64,000 nucleotides of DNA from Candidatus Saccharimonadales bacterium (GTDB lineage: Bacteria > Patescibacteriota > Saccharimonadia > Saccharimonadales > UBA4665). The DNA lies in the NCBI GenBank assembly GCA_035545275.1, contig DASZYT010000001.1, forward strand, positions 6,143 to 70,142. Direction: 5' to 3'. Under the pieces are notes generated by a model. That model had not been told where the DNA came from. It worked only from the letters and a program-made list of their open reading frames with translations, and ran no database searches. Positions 15,719 to 23,610 of this stretch are shown piece after piece. Within the stretch, counting starts at the first letter, position 1, and each line of letters opens with the position of its first letter. The position numbers and the translations under genes are program-made.

Positions 15719-17874
15719 TGTTTGAAGCGATCACCCTCCTTATCGGTACGCTAACGACATCTTTGATAGCCCTGCTTGTCTACCTAAAAAATCGCAGCAG
15801 CGTTACACATAAACTTTTCATTGCCCTAGCGTTCTGTATGATTGGGTGGTCGGCGACAACCTATCTGTCGCTCCATGCTTCCAGTGATGCCCAAACCCTG
15901 TTCTGGATCCGGTGGATAATGTTCTTCGTGGTGGCGCAAAACACATTCTTTTTCTTGTTGGTACACATTTTTCCGGATAGCCACACCGACATTTTTAAGC
16001 AAAAACGGTATATTGCCGCCATCATTTACTCTTGCATTACGGCCATTGTCGCCGTGTCACCCTTCCTGTTCGCACGTTTTCAGAACGGCGCCCCCCAACC
16101 TGGCCCTGGCATGGCACTATTTATGCCGCATGCCCTGATTTTTGCACTGGGAGGCATTGTCACGCTGGTTATCAGGCATCACCGCGAGCAAGGGCTCAAA
16201 AAAGCCCACCTGCTGTATTTCCTGCTGGGTACGTTTCTGATGGTAACTATCGAGCCACTCGGGAATTTTGTGCTGCCGCTCGCCTTTCACACTAACATGC
16301 TAGTGCGCTATAGCTCCCTTTATGCGATCGTGTTCTCTGGGCTGATCGCGTACGGCATCGTTACCAAGAAACTTTTCGATATCCACGCTTTCGTCGTGCG
16401 GGCAACCGCCTATATTTCCAGCGTCATTCTCCTTAGCCTGGTCTATATCGTGCCGGCGATATTACTCGTAGCCTACACCATGGGAATCCGCTTTACGTGG
16501 ACCCGATTTGGTATTGGCACGGTTGTAGCGGTGTTTTTTGCTTTGTTTTATGGATCGGTGCGCGATGGCTTCAACCGTCTGACTAACCGTATTTTTTATC
16601 GGGGCTACTATGAGCCACAAGATGTGCTTAATCAGCTTAGTGACTTACTGGTGCGCACCATTGATGTCGATTACCTCAAACGGCAAAGCAACAAAATTTT
16701 AAGAAGTGCCATCCGGACCAAGGATTTCGACTATTGGCTTGCTGCCGACCCAGGAGCACAGGAATATACCCAGTTACTGGCTCATCTATACAAAAAGGGC
16801 AATGCCGACAACATACTCGTTGTTAATGAATATGATGTGGGTTCGCCGGCGCTGGAGCGACTCATCCAAAATAATATTGCTATTGTAGTGCGGCTGCGCA
16901 CCACCAAGGAAGACCTGGGCTTTATTACACTAGGTTTTAAGGAGTCTGGTGAGCAATATACCGAAAAAGACAAACGGCTTTTGAGCATTGCGGCGGACGA
17001 GATTGCCATCAGCCTGCAAAATGCGCTGCACTTTGAGGAAATTCAAGACTTCAACCGCACCTTGCAGGCCAAAGTGGCCGAGGCCACCAAAGAGCTCCGG
17101 CGCAACAACGACAAGCTCAAAGAGCTCGACGAGACCAAAGACGACTTTATCAGCATGGCGTCGCACCAGTTGCGTACGCCGCTCACCAGCGTGAAGGGCT
17201 ACCTCAGCATGGTGCTCGAGGGCGATGCCGGTAAAATCAGCCCCATGCAGCGTAAAATGCTCGGCCAGGCCTATATCAGCTCGCAGCGCATGGTGTACAT
17301 GATTGCCGACCTCTTAAACGTCTCGCGGCTGAAGACGGGCAAATTTGTCATCGAAACGTCGCCGGTCAATCTCTCGACGATGATAGAGGAAGAAATAGCC
17401 CAGCTGAAAGAGACGGCCGAATCGCGCGATCTGATGCTCGCCTACGATAAGCCAGCCGGCTTCCCGCAGCTTATGCTCGATGAAACCAAGACCCGCCAGG
17501 TGGTGATGAACTTTATCGACAACGCCATCTACTACACGCCGCCGGGCGGCCACATTACTGTCGAGCTTCGCGACAAGCTTCATGCGGTAGAACTGCGCGT
17601 GGTGGACGACGGCATCGGGGTGCCCAAGAGTGAGCAGCCCCATTTGTTTACCAAGTTTTACCGGGCCGGCAATGCGCGCAAAGCCCGCCCCGACGGCACT
17701 GGTCTCGGCTTGTTTATGGCCAAGAAAGTAGTGGTAGCCCAAGGTGGCGCCATTATCTTTGACAGCTCTGAAGGCAAGGGTAGCACCTTTGGCTTCACCT
17801 TCCCTAAAGACAAAGCCCATATAGCCCCCAGGACAGAGGTAGCTCCCGAGAAGCCCGTAGCGCTTGCAAAATAG
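15718..17874 (+). CDS. multi-TM sensor histidine kinase
   Basis: About 8 N-terminal TM helices, coiled coil, H-box FISMASHQLRTPL, then N, D(DDGIGV) and G(GTGLGL) boxes. TAATG start/stop overlap with the E1-like gene. Confidence 0.85.
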   Translation: MFEAITLLIGTLTTSLIALLVYLKNRSSVTHKLFIALAFCMIGWSATTYLSLHASSDAQTLFWIRWIMFFVVAQNTFFFLLVHIFPDSHTDIFKQKRYIAAIIYSCITAIVAVSPFLFARFQNGAPQPGPGMALFMPHALIFALGGIVTLVIRHHREQGLKKAHLLYFLLGTFLMVTIEPLGNFVLPLAFHTNMLVRYSSLYAIVFSGLIAYGIVTKKLFDIHAFVVRATAYISSVILLSLVYIVPAILLVAYTMGIRFTWTRFGIGTVVAVFFALFYGSVRDGFNRLTNRIFYRGYYEPQDVLNQLSDLLVRTIDVDYLKRQSNKILRSAIRTKDFDYWLAADPGAQEYTQLLAHLYKKGNADNILVVNEYDVGSPALERLIQNNIAIVVRLRTTKEDLGFITLGFKESGEQYTEKDKRLLSIAADEIAISLQNALHFEEIQDFNRTLQAKVAEATKELRRNNDKLKELDETKDDFISMASHQLRTPLTSVKGYLSMVLEGDAGKISPMQRKMLGQAYISSQRMVYMIADLLNVSRLKTGKFVIETSPVNLSTMIEEEIAQLKETAESRDLMLAYDKPAGFPQLMLDETKTRQVVMNFIDNAIYYTPPGGHITVELRDKLHAVELRVVDDGIGVPKSEQPHLFTKFYRAGNARKARPDGTGLGLFMAKKVVVAQGGAIIFDSSEGKGSTFGFTFPKDKAHIAPRTEVAPEKPVALAK

Positions 17875-17894
17875 ATAAAAAGCTTGTGTTAACA

Positions 17895-17923
17895 TTGACA
17901 TTTTGAGCACTTTATGGTAAATT
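17895..17923 (+). promoter_or_regulatory. strong sigma70-like promoter with extended -10
   Basis: TTGACA (17895-17900), 17-nt spacer, TGGTAAATT (TG-extended -10, 17915-17923). Confidence 0.5.
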
Positions 17924-17990
17924 TAGAGCATCCTTGTTTACGGGTGTGAGGAGTAACCTCGTGACAGGCGTACGTTAAGGGTGGAGAAGT

Positions 17991-18031
17991 CAGCAGCAAG
18001 AGGTATTTTGTACCGCTTGGTGCTGTTTTTC
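17991..18031 (+). terminator. terminator/attenuator hairpin about 100 nt downstream of the 17895 promoter
   Basis: CAGCAGCAAG-A-GGTA-TTTTG-TACC-G-CTTGGTGCTG (one G.G mismatch) followed by TTTTTCAC. Confidence 0.5.
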
Positions 18032-18118
18032 ACGTCTTACATACGCTTGGAGTCCGACCAAGCAAGGAGAAACTTAATAAGTCAGATCGTTACAGTTCAT
18101 TTTCCACGCTTTTATGCC

Positions 18119-18161
18119 GTAGCAGCCTGTTTTCGAGCACAGCTCGAAACTCCGCTGCTAC
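18119..18161 (+). other. nested double hairpin in an ORF-poor region
   Basis: GTAGCAGC-CTG-TTTTCGAGC-ACA-GCTCGAAA-CTCC-GCTGCTAC: two perfect 8-bp helices stacked. Confidence 0.6.
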
Positions 18162-18298
18162 TCTTGGCGAATTACTGCGTTGCTTTAGCTGCGGTACACC
18201 TTCACCGTACTATATGTACGGCTCGGTGAATCCTCGCTAAACGCCTTGTACTTCGCTCAAGCATAAAAACCGTGGATTACGTTAATCTGTGTGGATCA

Positions 18299-18406
18299 GT
18301 GCAGACAATAGGGGACGAGAACAGAGGTAGCTTGTATTAGATGGCTAGCGCCAAGCGCTAGCTGGTACAGGGGTGGCCGCTGAGCGTCGTCCTTCGTTGT
18401 CTGCAC
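18299..18406 (+). other. 108-nt long-range hairpin / multi-helix element
   Basis: GTGCAGACAA (18299-18308) pairs with TTGTCTGCAC (18397-18406), GGACGA pairs with TCGTCC, and the apical perfect palindrome is GCTAGCGC-CAA-GCGCTAGC (18344-18362). Confidence 0.6.
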
Positions 18407-18508
18407 TGGTTGCAGCCTTGTTGATCGTTGGCATAACGCCGGTAGATCCGAGACTCCCATGCAGACTGTGACTACACAACCTTTAAGCAAAGAATTTAGA
18501 TTTTCCCA

Positions 18509-18581
18509 CCTTTGGGGTTAAAGACGGGCAACCTTGTCGGGTACGGTGTTACTCGACAGCGTTGCCTGCCTTTCCCAAAGG
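18509..18581 (+). other. 73-nt enclosed hairpin module
   Basis: CCTTTGGG (18509-18516) pairs with CCCAAAGG (18574-18581), enclosing GGCAAC..GTCG..CGAC..GTTGCC. Confidence 0.55.
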
Positions 18582-18700
18582 CTATCCTGACTGTGCTGTT
18601 ATCGGCCGGGGAGAAAAGCTGCAATCCTTGCACAATTCTGTGCGGGACCAAGTCTAACCAACCGCTCATTGTAATGGGGCAGGAAGGAAACGGGAGCGTC

Positions 18701-19306
18701 ATGAGTTCAAGTTTCGATTTTGGCAAATTGTCAGACGCCGCCAAAGAGGAGCAGACGGCCCATGAATCAACGGTCTACAAGCGCGCTGCGCGACTGACCA
18801 ACCGGTTCGGTGGTCGCCTCATGCTCGACGAGAACGACAAGATCTGCGAGGCCGCGGAATTGCTGCTTGGCTGCAAGCCAGGTGGTATCCCCGAGGCGCT
18901 CAAGGCGCTCGGTCTCACTACCGAACCCACCGGTCCGCGCGAGCTGACCGATGGCAAGGAGAACGACGAAGAGAAGGACAAGACCAGGCCCCTTCCCGTA
19001 TTCAACGACGACGGCACCAACGCGGGCGTCGCGTTGCGGGAAAAAGAAGCTGTCCAAGCGGGCTACGGCTTCAAGATGGACGGTAGTACGCACGTCGGGT
19101 GGCAGAAGCCTCCGACGGGGCCCAACGCACCGGCGGCGCCCAACCAGGCGGCCGACCAGGTCCCCGTCCACGACAAATCCGACAAGGACACGGGCCGCAA
19201 GATCTCCATCGCTGAGGGCGTCGCCAACAAGAAGCTCGAGGCCATTCCCGGCCCCGACGGCAAGGTGATGTACTTCCGCGAGAAGTCCATCCTGATTCGC
19301 CGCTAA
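18701..19306 (+). CDS. hypothetical protein, GC-rich island gene 1 (201 aa)
   Basis: ATG 18701 follows AGGAAGGAAAC. Product MSSSFDFGKLSDAAKEEQTAHESTVYKRAARLTNRFGG... with strongly G/C-ending codons. No motif recognised. Confidence 0.6.
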   Translation: MSSSFDFGKLSDAAKEEQTAHESTVYKRAARLTNRFGGRLMLDENDKICEAAELLLGCKPGGIPEALKALGLTTEPTGPRELTDGKENDEEKDKTRPLPVFNDDGTNAGVALREKEAVQAGYGFKMDGSTHVGWQKPPTGPNAPAAPNQAADQVPVHDKSDKDTGRKISIAEGVANKKLEAIPGPDGKVMYFREKSILIRR

Positions 19307-19324
19307 CGCAGGGAGGTAACTGCC

Positions 19325-19636
19325 ATGGTGCTGGACATCGTCCTGCTCGGGGCAGCCGCTCTGCTGTGCGTGTTGGCCTTCATGTACCGGGGAATACGTA
19401 ATCCGATTACGTACAACCAGGTATACGGGTTAGGGATGGTGTGTGCCGGCCTTGCAGTTGGCTTGGTGGTCTTCGTGATCACCCGCACTTTCCTACCCCG
19501 AGCACTGAAGCACGCGGGCGGCAACCATAAGTGGGCACACTACGGATACGTCCAAGTGTTGCTCGCTCTGCTTATCGCGGCAGCGATCGGCAGCTGGGTT
19601 TGGGTCTGGGACCGCAATCGCTACAAGAAGTGTTGA
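19325..19636 (+). CDS. small three-TM membrane protein, GC-rich island gene 2
   Basis: MVLDIVLLGAAALLCVLAFMY..., 103 aa, three hydrophobic helices, G/C-ending codons. Confidence 0.6.
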   Translation: MVLDIVLLGAAALLCVLAFMYRGIRNPITYNQVYGLGMVCAGLAVGLVVFVITRTFLPRALKHAGGNHKWAHYGYVQVLLALLIAAAIGSWVWVWDRNRYKKC

Positions 19637-19765
19637 TAGCGGTATCAGCCCAGGGCGTGCAGCATGTGCTGCTACGCTTCACGCGTATGAGGGATCGTCC
19701 CTCTACGCCCACTACGAAAATATAGGGGTTAGCTTCCCCCACGTCCATCACTGGGAGGTGATGAA

Positions 19766-21007
19766 ATGAAGCCGAAAGGACGGCGCATTGCCACGGTGAG
19801 CGGTCTCACAGTAGCTACAGTAGCTGCTGTCGCAGTCACCATGACGGTGGGGGGGATTTCTACCCCACACAAGGCAGATGCCCAAACAGCACCATCAGCT
19901 TCATCCTCGGCGTCGGCTTCGGCCACGGCGAGTGCAATCAGTCAGGCCGTCATTGACGCCCTGACGGTCAAGTCGACTTCAGTTGACTGCCCGTCGATCG
20001 TCAACAGCCACGGCGGGAGCACTATCGCTTCAAACGACTCGACGGTCGTGAAGTGGAACATCGGTGCGCTGAAGGGCACGCCCCCACGCAAGTGGAGCGA
20101 CGCCATCAGCGTGCCGTTGCCGGGCAGCACCCCCGCAGATCAGCTTGCGAACCTGCAAGCCGACATCTGCGAGGACCCGCTGCTGGGCAGCACGTGGGCC
20201 AACATGCTAGCCAACCTCACGGTTGACGGCGTGTCGGTCGGGTCGTTGAACTCGTGGTTGACCCCGTTCTCGGGCGATGCCAAGAACATCAACGCCCAGG
20301 CAGCGTCCTTCGTGACGTTGCTGGACACGAGCAACCCCACTGACGTGGAAGCAGCAACAGCTGCCAAGCAGAACGTGGCCTGGCAACAACAGGTTGCGGA
20401 AAAGCTTGACACGCTGCTTGGCCGGTTCCAGGTCGTCGGTGTTCAGACACTTTCGAGCGTCCAGAACTGGCACCTGGTGGCGGGTGGTCTGCAAGTCGGC
20501 GGGCTTCCTCAGGTGGGACTCAACTCTCACCAGGAGAAGCTCCCGGCGTTGGTGTTACAGGTGACGGCGAAGGGCGCATGCGCACCCCTCAAGGTCATCG
20601 GCGCCAATGTGGGCGACCAGCGGCCGGAGGTCTTCGTGACCCCGACCTGCCAGCCGCCGGCTGCGCCCTCGACGTCGAAGACGCCTCCACCGGCGCCCAA
20701 GACAACCCCGGGCAAGCCGAAGCCGTCCAAGACCCCGACCCCGACGCCAACCCCGTCGAAGTCGAAGTGCCCCTGCGTGCCGCTCCCAAAGGCCAGTCAG
20801 CCTGTACCTACGCCGGCTCCCCAGCCGTCATCGGTGCATGTCTCGACCGCGCCCAGTGCGCAGCCAACGCAGCCGGTTGACACCAGTAGCCCGCCTCCAC
20901 CCACCCCGGGTGGATACAACGGCGGCTCATCGAGTCAGCCAGGTACGACGGCTCCGCCGACACCTGTCTCTTCGGCTACGCAGAGCGGTGACCCCGGCGG
21001 GTTCTAA
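19766..21007 (+). CDS. secreted protein with a Pro/Thr/Ser-rich C-terminal region, GC-rich island gene 3
   Basis: N-terminus MKPKGRRIATVSGLTVATVAAVAVTMTVGG..ADAQ is a signal peptide containing an RR pair. The C-terminal ~130 aa are PT/PS-linker-like (..KTPPPAPKTTPGKPKPSKTPTPTPTPSKSK..). Confidence 0.65.
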   Translation: MKPKGRRIATVSGLTVATVAAVAVTMTVGGISTPHKADAQTAPSASSSASASATASAISQAVIDALTVKSTSVDCPSIVNSHGGSTIASNDSTVVKWNIGALKGTPPRKWSDAISVPLPGSTPADQLANLQADICEDPLLGSTWANMLANLTVDGVSVGSLNSWLTPFSGDAKNINAQAASFVTLLDTSNPTDVEAATAAKQNVAWQQQVAEKLDTLLGRFQVVGVQTLSSVQNWHLVAGGLQVGGLPQVGLNSHQEKLPALVLQVTAKGACAPLKVIGANVGDQRPEVFVTPTCQPPAAPSTSKTPPPAPKTTPGKPKPSKTPTPTPTPSKSKCPCVPLPKASQPVPTPAPQPSSVHVSTAPSAQPTQPVDTSSPPPPTPGGYNGGSSSQPGTTAPPTPVSSATQSGDPGGF

Positions 21008-21110
21008 GTTCTAGATCGTGTTCTAGGTAGTATTGCCGTGAGGCGAAATTACCCAGGATGTGACGTTAGGCGTCATAACGGTCCTGCTTAAGGAAAGGGT
21101 GTAGTCACAC

Positions 21111-21177
21111 GCGGGTTGGTCGAGAGACTAGTAGAGGCAGCCATCAGGCTTCCAACACTAGTTTCTCACCAACCCGC
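21111..21177. other. 67-nt near-perfect inverted repeat at the right edge of the GC-rich island
   Basis: GCGGGTTGGT-c-GAGA-g-ACTAGT ...24 nt... ACTAGT-t-TCTC-ACCAACCCGC. No T-run follows on either strand. Confidence 0.6.
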
Positions 21178-21266
21178 AACACCCATGAAATGCATTGTAA
21201 TGATCTGACTTATAAGCTCCTTAAAAGCACGGGCAAACGTAAGCAAAATGAAGCCTTAGCATAATA

Positions 21267-21295
21267 TTGACATAAATATATGCATGTGATAAAAT
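21267..21295 (+). promoter_or_regulatory. sigma70-like promoter with extended -10 for the LPXTG protein gene
   Basis: TTGACA (21267-21272), 17-nt spacer, TGATAAAAT (21287-21295). Implies a ~165-nt 5' UTR. Confidence 0.55.
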
Positions 21296-21462
21296 ATGCC
21301 CAAACTGTGAGGAGCGGGAGTTTACGGGGTAGCCCTGTGTGCTCTTACTACCCAGTTACATCTGGGACCTTAACAATTCGGGCAAACGCAAAGTATTTAT
21401 TACCAGACAACAAGGTGAGGTTGTTGCCCTGGCCATTAAGCATAATTTCAAGGAGGTGTGAG

Positions 21463-22887
21463 ATGAAATTATTTTCACGCATGTTCAACAGCCTTCCTAA
21501 GCGTTTAGCTGCGGCTGGACTGATTGCCCTCGCTGTTTTTATCCCGTCTATGACCCTTGCGGCCAGCACGGTAAAAATTGAGGCCAACACTACTGTTTCC
21601 AACGCTTCGGAAAATGCGGGCACCATGAACTGGGGCTCGTCTGCAAGTGCCACCTACAACCAAGTTGTAGCTGTGCAGGTTGCATATGACAATACTGAAA
21701 CTGCAAATTCTGGCAAAAATGCCACCAACTTGCACGTTAAGATCAACATTCCCAGCGCTGCTGGTCAAACTCAGACTATTACTACCAAAGTAAGCTCTGA
21801 CAACAGTAACACGGTAAACGGTAGCGCTACGGTCAAGCTTGACCGTGCCGACGCTTACCTGCAGTACATTCCTGGTACAGCTACCTGGAAGCACGCAACC
21901 AGCCCCAACGGCCCAATGACTACTACTCAGAAAATTTCTGACGACGTAGTTTTGAGCGCGAACGGCATTAACCTTGGCAACGGTGTTCCTTGCCAAGCCG
22001 GTTCAATTGTTGTTCAGGCTCGTGAAATGATTCCTGGCCTGACCGTAGACAAGTTCGTTCGTGAAGCTGGCACCACTAGCTGGTCTCGCAGCATTACTGC
22101 GAAGCCTGGTGACACCCTTCAGTACGAAATTGCTTACCACAATACAGGCAACACCAACCAACAGGACGTGGAATTCCGCGACCAGTTGCCTAAGGGTGTA
22201 ACCTATGTTGCCGGTTCTACGTTCCTTAAGGACAGTCAGTACCCTAACGGTACTAACCTAAAAACAGATGCAGTTGTAAGCAACGGTATCACTACCGGTA
22301 CTTATCTACCTGGGGCTGCTGGGTATGTGATGTTCAGCGTTAAGGTCAACAGTGCCGACACATTACAGTGTGGCACTAACTTGATTCGTAACCTGGCCTT
22401 TGTACAACCGAAGGACATGAACTATTACTACAACACTGCTGACGTAACCGTTAACAAGACCTGTACGCCTCCTAAAACGCCTACGTACGCATGTAGTGCG
22501 TTCCATGTCACCAAGGGTGACAACCGTACAGTAAGCATTGACAAGTTCGTCTTCACAGCTAGCAACAAAGCTAGCCTGAGCAGCGTAGACGTAAACTGGG
22601 GTGACAACACTGCCTTGACTACAAACAAGGTAATTGGCCAGACTCACCAATATGGTAAGGACGGCACGTACACCATCAGCCTGTCTAACTTCAAAGTGAA
22701 TGGCAAAACTGTTGACGTTGCAGGTGACTGCAGCCAAGCCGTAACCTTCACAAGCAAACCCACAATCCCTGGTGGTAACCTGCCAAACACTGGTGCCGGT
22801 AACGTTATCGGTCTGTTTGCAGCCATCACGGTTGCGGGTGCGTTTGCCCACCGTTTGTTCCTGAGCCGCAAGCTTGCTCGCGACTAA
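21463..22887 (+). CDS. LPXTG-anchored surface protein with DUF11-like repeat and PKD-like domain
   Basis: ATG 21463 follows AAGGAGG. Signal peptide MKLFSRMFNSLPKRLAAAGLIALAVFIPSMTLA. DUF11-like ..TGNTNQQDVEFRDQLPKGVTYVAGST.. and PKD-like ..VDVNWGDNT..HQYGKDGTYTISL... C-terminal LPNTG plus hydrophobic helix plus RKLARD. Confidence 0.8.
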   Translation: MKLFSRMFNSLPKRLAAAGLIALAVFIPSMTLAASTVKIEANTTVSNASENAGTMNWGSSASATYNQVVAVQVAYDNTETANSGKNATNLHVKINIPSAAGQTQTITTKVSSDNSNTVNGSATVKLDRADAYLQYIPGTATWKHATSPNGPMTTTQKISDDVVLSANGINLGNGVPCQAGSIVVQAREMIPGLTVDKFVREAGTTSWSRSITAKPGDTLQYEIAYHNTGNTNQQDVEFRDQLPKGVTYVAGSTFLKDSQYPNGTNLKTDAVVSNGITTGTYLPGAAGYVMFSVKVNSADTLQCGTNLIRNLAFVQPKDMNYYYNTADVTVNKTCTPPKTPTYACSAFHVTKGDNRTVSIDKFVFTASNKASLSSVDVNWGDNTALTTNKVIGQTHQYGKDGTYTISLSNFKVNGKTVDVAGDCSQAVTFTSKPTIPGGNLPNTGAGNVIGLFAAITVAGAFAHRLFLSRKLARD

Positions 22888-23167
22888 TCCAACAAAACGG
22901 GTTGCATCTTTGTACTTGAGCCTCAGGCTAGGCGCTTTCGAGAAACAGACCAAGCTGTACACATAGTACAGTGCGGGAGTATCGTAGAAAGCAACAACGC
23001 CTGAGGCCAAAAGTGCCGGCAGAGTGACTGGCTCTGCCAGACAGCAGGCCGGCACGGCACAATGATGAAACTGTGGATAAGCGGTAGCTTTTAGCACATT
23101 TTTGTGCTATGCTCCAAATAGTTTTAGAGCAATGACTGACCGCTCGATAGAACAAACTCCTTGAAGG

Positions 23168-23196
23168 TCCCCCGTCCATTTGGTCGGGGGATTTTC
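23168..23196 (+). terminator. orphan rho-independent terminator 280 nt after the nearest + strand stop
   Basis: TCCCCCG (23168-23174), 10-nt loop, CGGGGGA (23185-23191), then TTTTCAT. Confidence 0.55.
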
Positions 23197-23324
23197 ATGC
23201 CCGGCCTCTTATGATAAGATAGGCCAAGCCAAAAGCGGTCCCACGATACCCTGTCGGGTATCGCCGGTCCAAATCCTCGGCAAAAGATTTTATGTAAAGC
23301 ACAAAATCGTTTTGCCTGCGGTTT

Positions 23325-23399
23325 GGCCCCGTCGTCCAGCGGTCAAGACACCGGGTTTTCATCCCGGCAACCGGAGTTCGACTCTCCGCGGGGTCACCA
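23325..23399 (+). tRNA. tRNA-Glu (anticodon TTC), CCA encoded
   Basis: Hand-folded 75 nt: GGCCCCG TC GTCC AGCGGTCA AGAC A CCGGG TTTTCAT CCCGG CAAC CGGAG TTCGACT CTCCG CGGGGTC A CCA. Confidence 0.95.
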
Positions 23400-23400
23400 A

Positions 23401-23435
23401 AGAAAGAGTCCGAGCAAAGCTCGGGCTTTTTCTTT
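23401..23435 (+). terminator. rho-independent terminator directly after tRNA-Glu
   Basis: GTCCGAGC-AAA-GCTCGGGC followed by TTTTTCTTT, with an A-rich 5' flank. Confidence 0.65.
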
Positions 23436-23487
23436 GGTCATCCGGAATGCTTGGCTTCGGATGCCGGTGGCGGCAAAGCCGACACGA

Positions 23488-23576
23488 GGCAACCGAGTTC
23501 GATAACTAGGAACGCGCGCAGGAATTTATTCCGAGCACGTGACGACGGTATACAACGTACTCTCGCGGGGTCACCA
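23488..23576 (+). pseudogene. partial copy of the 3' third of tRNA-Glu with a 56-nt insert in the T-loop
   Basis: GGCAACCGAGTTCGA (23488-23502; tRNA has GGCAACCGGAGTTCGA), 56-nt insert (23503-23558), then ACTCTCGCGGGGTCACCA (23559-23576; tRNA has ACTCTCCGCGGGGTCACCA). Each T-stem strand has lost one nt, so 4 bp still pair. Confidence 0.4.
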
Positions 23577-23578
23577 GT

Positions 23579-23610
23579 AAAAAAGGATCACCATCGGTGG
23601 TCCTTTTTTA
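23579..23610 (+). terminator. terminator after the tRNA-Glu partial copy (A-run before, T-run after)
   Basis: AAAAAAGGATCACC-ATC-GGTGGTCCTTTTTT. Confidence 0.6.

Noticed and set aside
18200-18236. Group II intron domain V-like sequence on the minus strand (GAGCCGTACATATAGTACGGTG).
   Set aside because: The helix is only 6-7 bp with a 4-nt loop, not the 34-nt bulged DV. There is no reverse transcriptase or maturase ORF and no other intron domains.
17990-18330. RNase P RNA (GGAGAAGTC resembles the P4 5' strand GGAAAGTCC; AGCAAGG and AACAGAGG resemble other conserved blocks).
   Set aside because: The putative P4 strands do not pair. The AGCAAGG block is only about 70 nt after the P4-like block. 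The GGTAAGAGC and GGGTGAAA-type regions are absent.
22900-23060. SRP (4.5S) RNA, because of GTGCCGGCAGAG...CCAGACAGCAGGCCGGCAC with an AGCAG motif.
   Set aside because: The conserved GGUCC-GNAR-GGAAGCAGC domain IV core and tetraloop are not present. Only a generic hairpin can be shown.
22363-23097. 244-aa minus-strand ORF overlapping the end of the LPXTG gene and the following spacer.
   Set aside because: It is antisense to a well-supported gene, has no RBS, and its composition is implausible.
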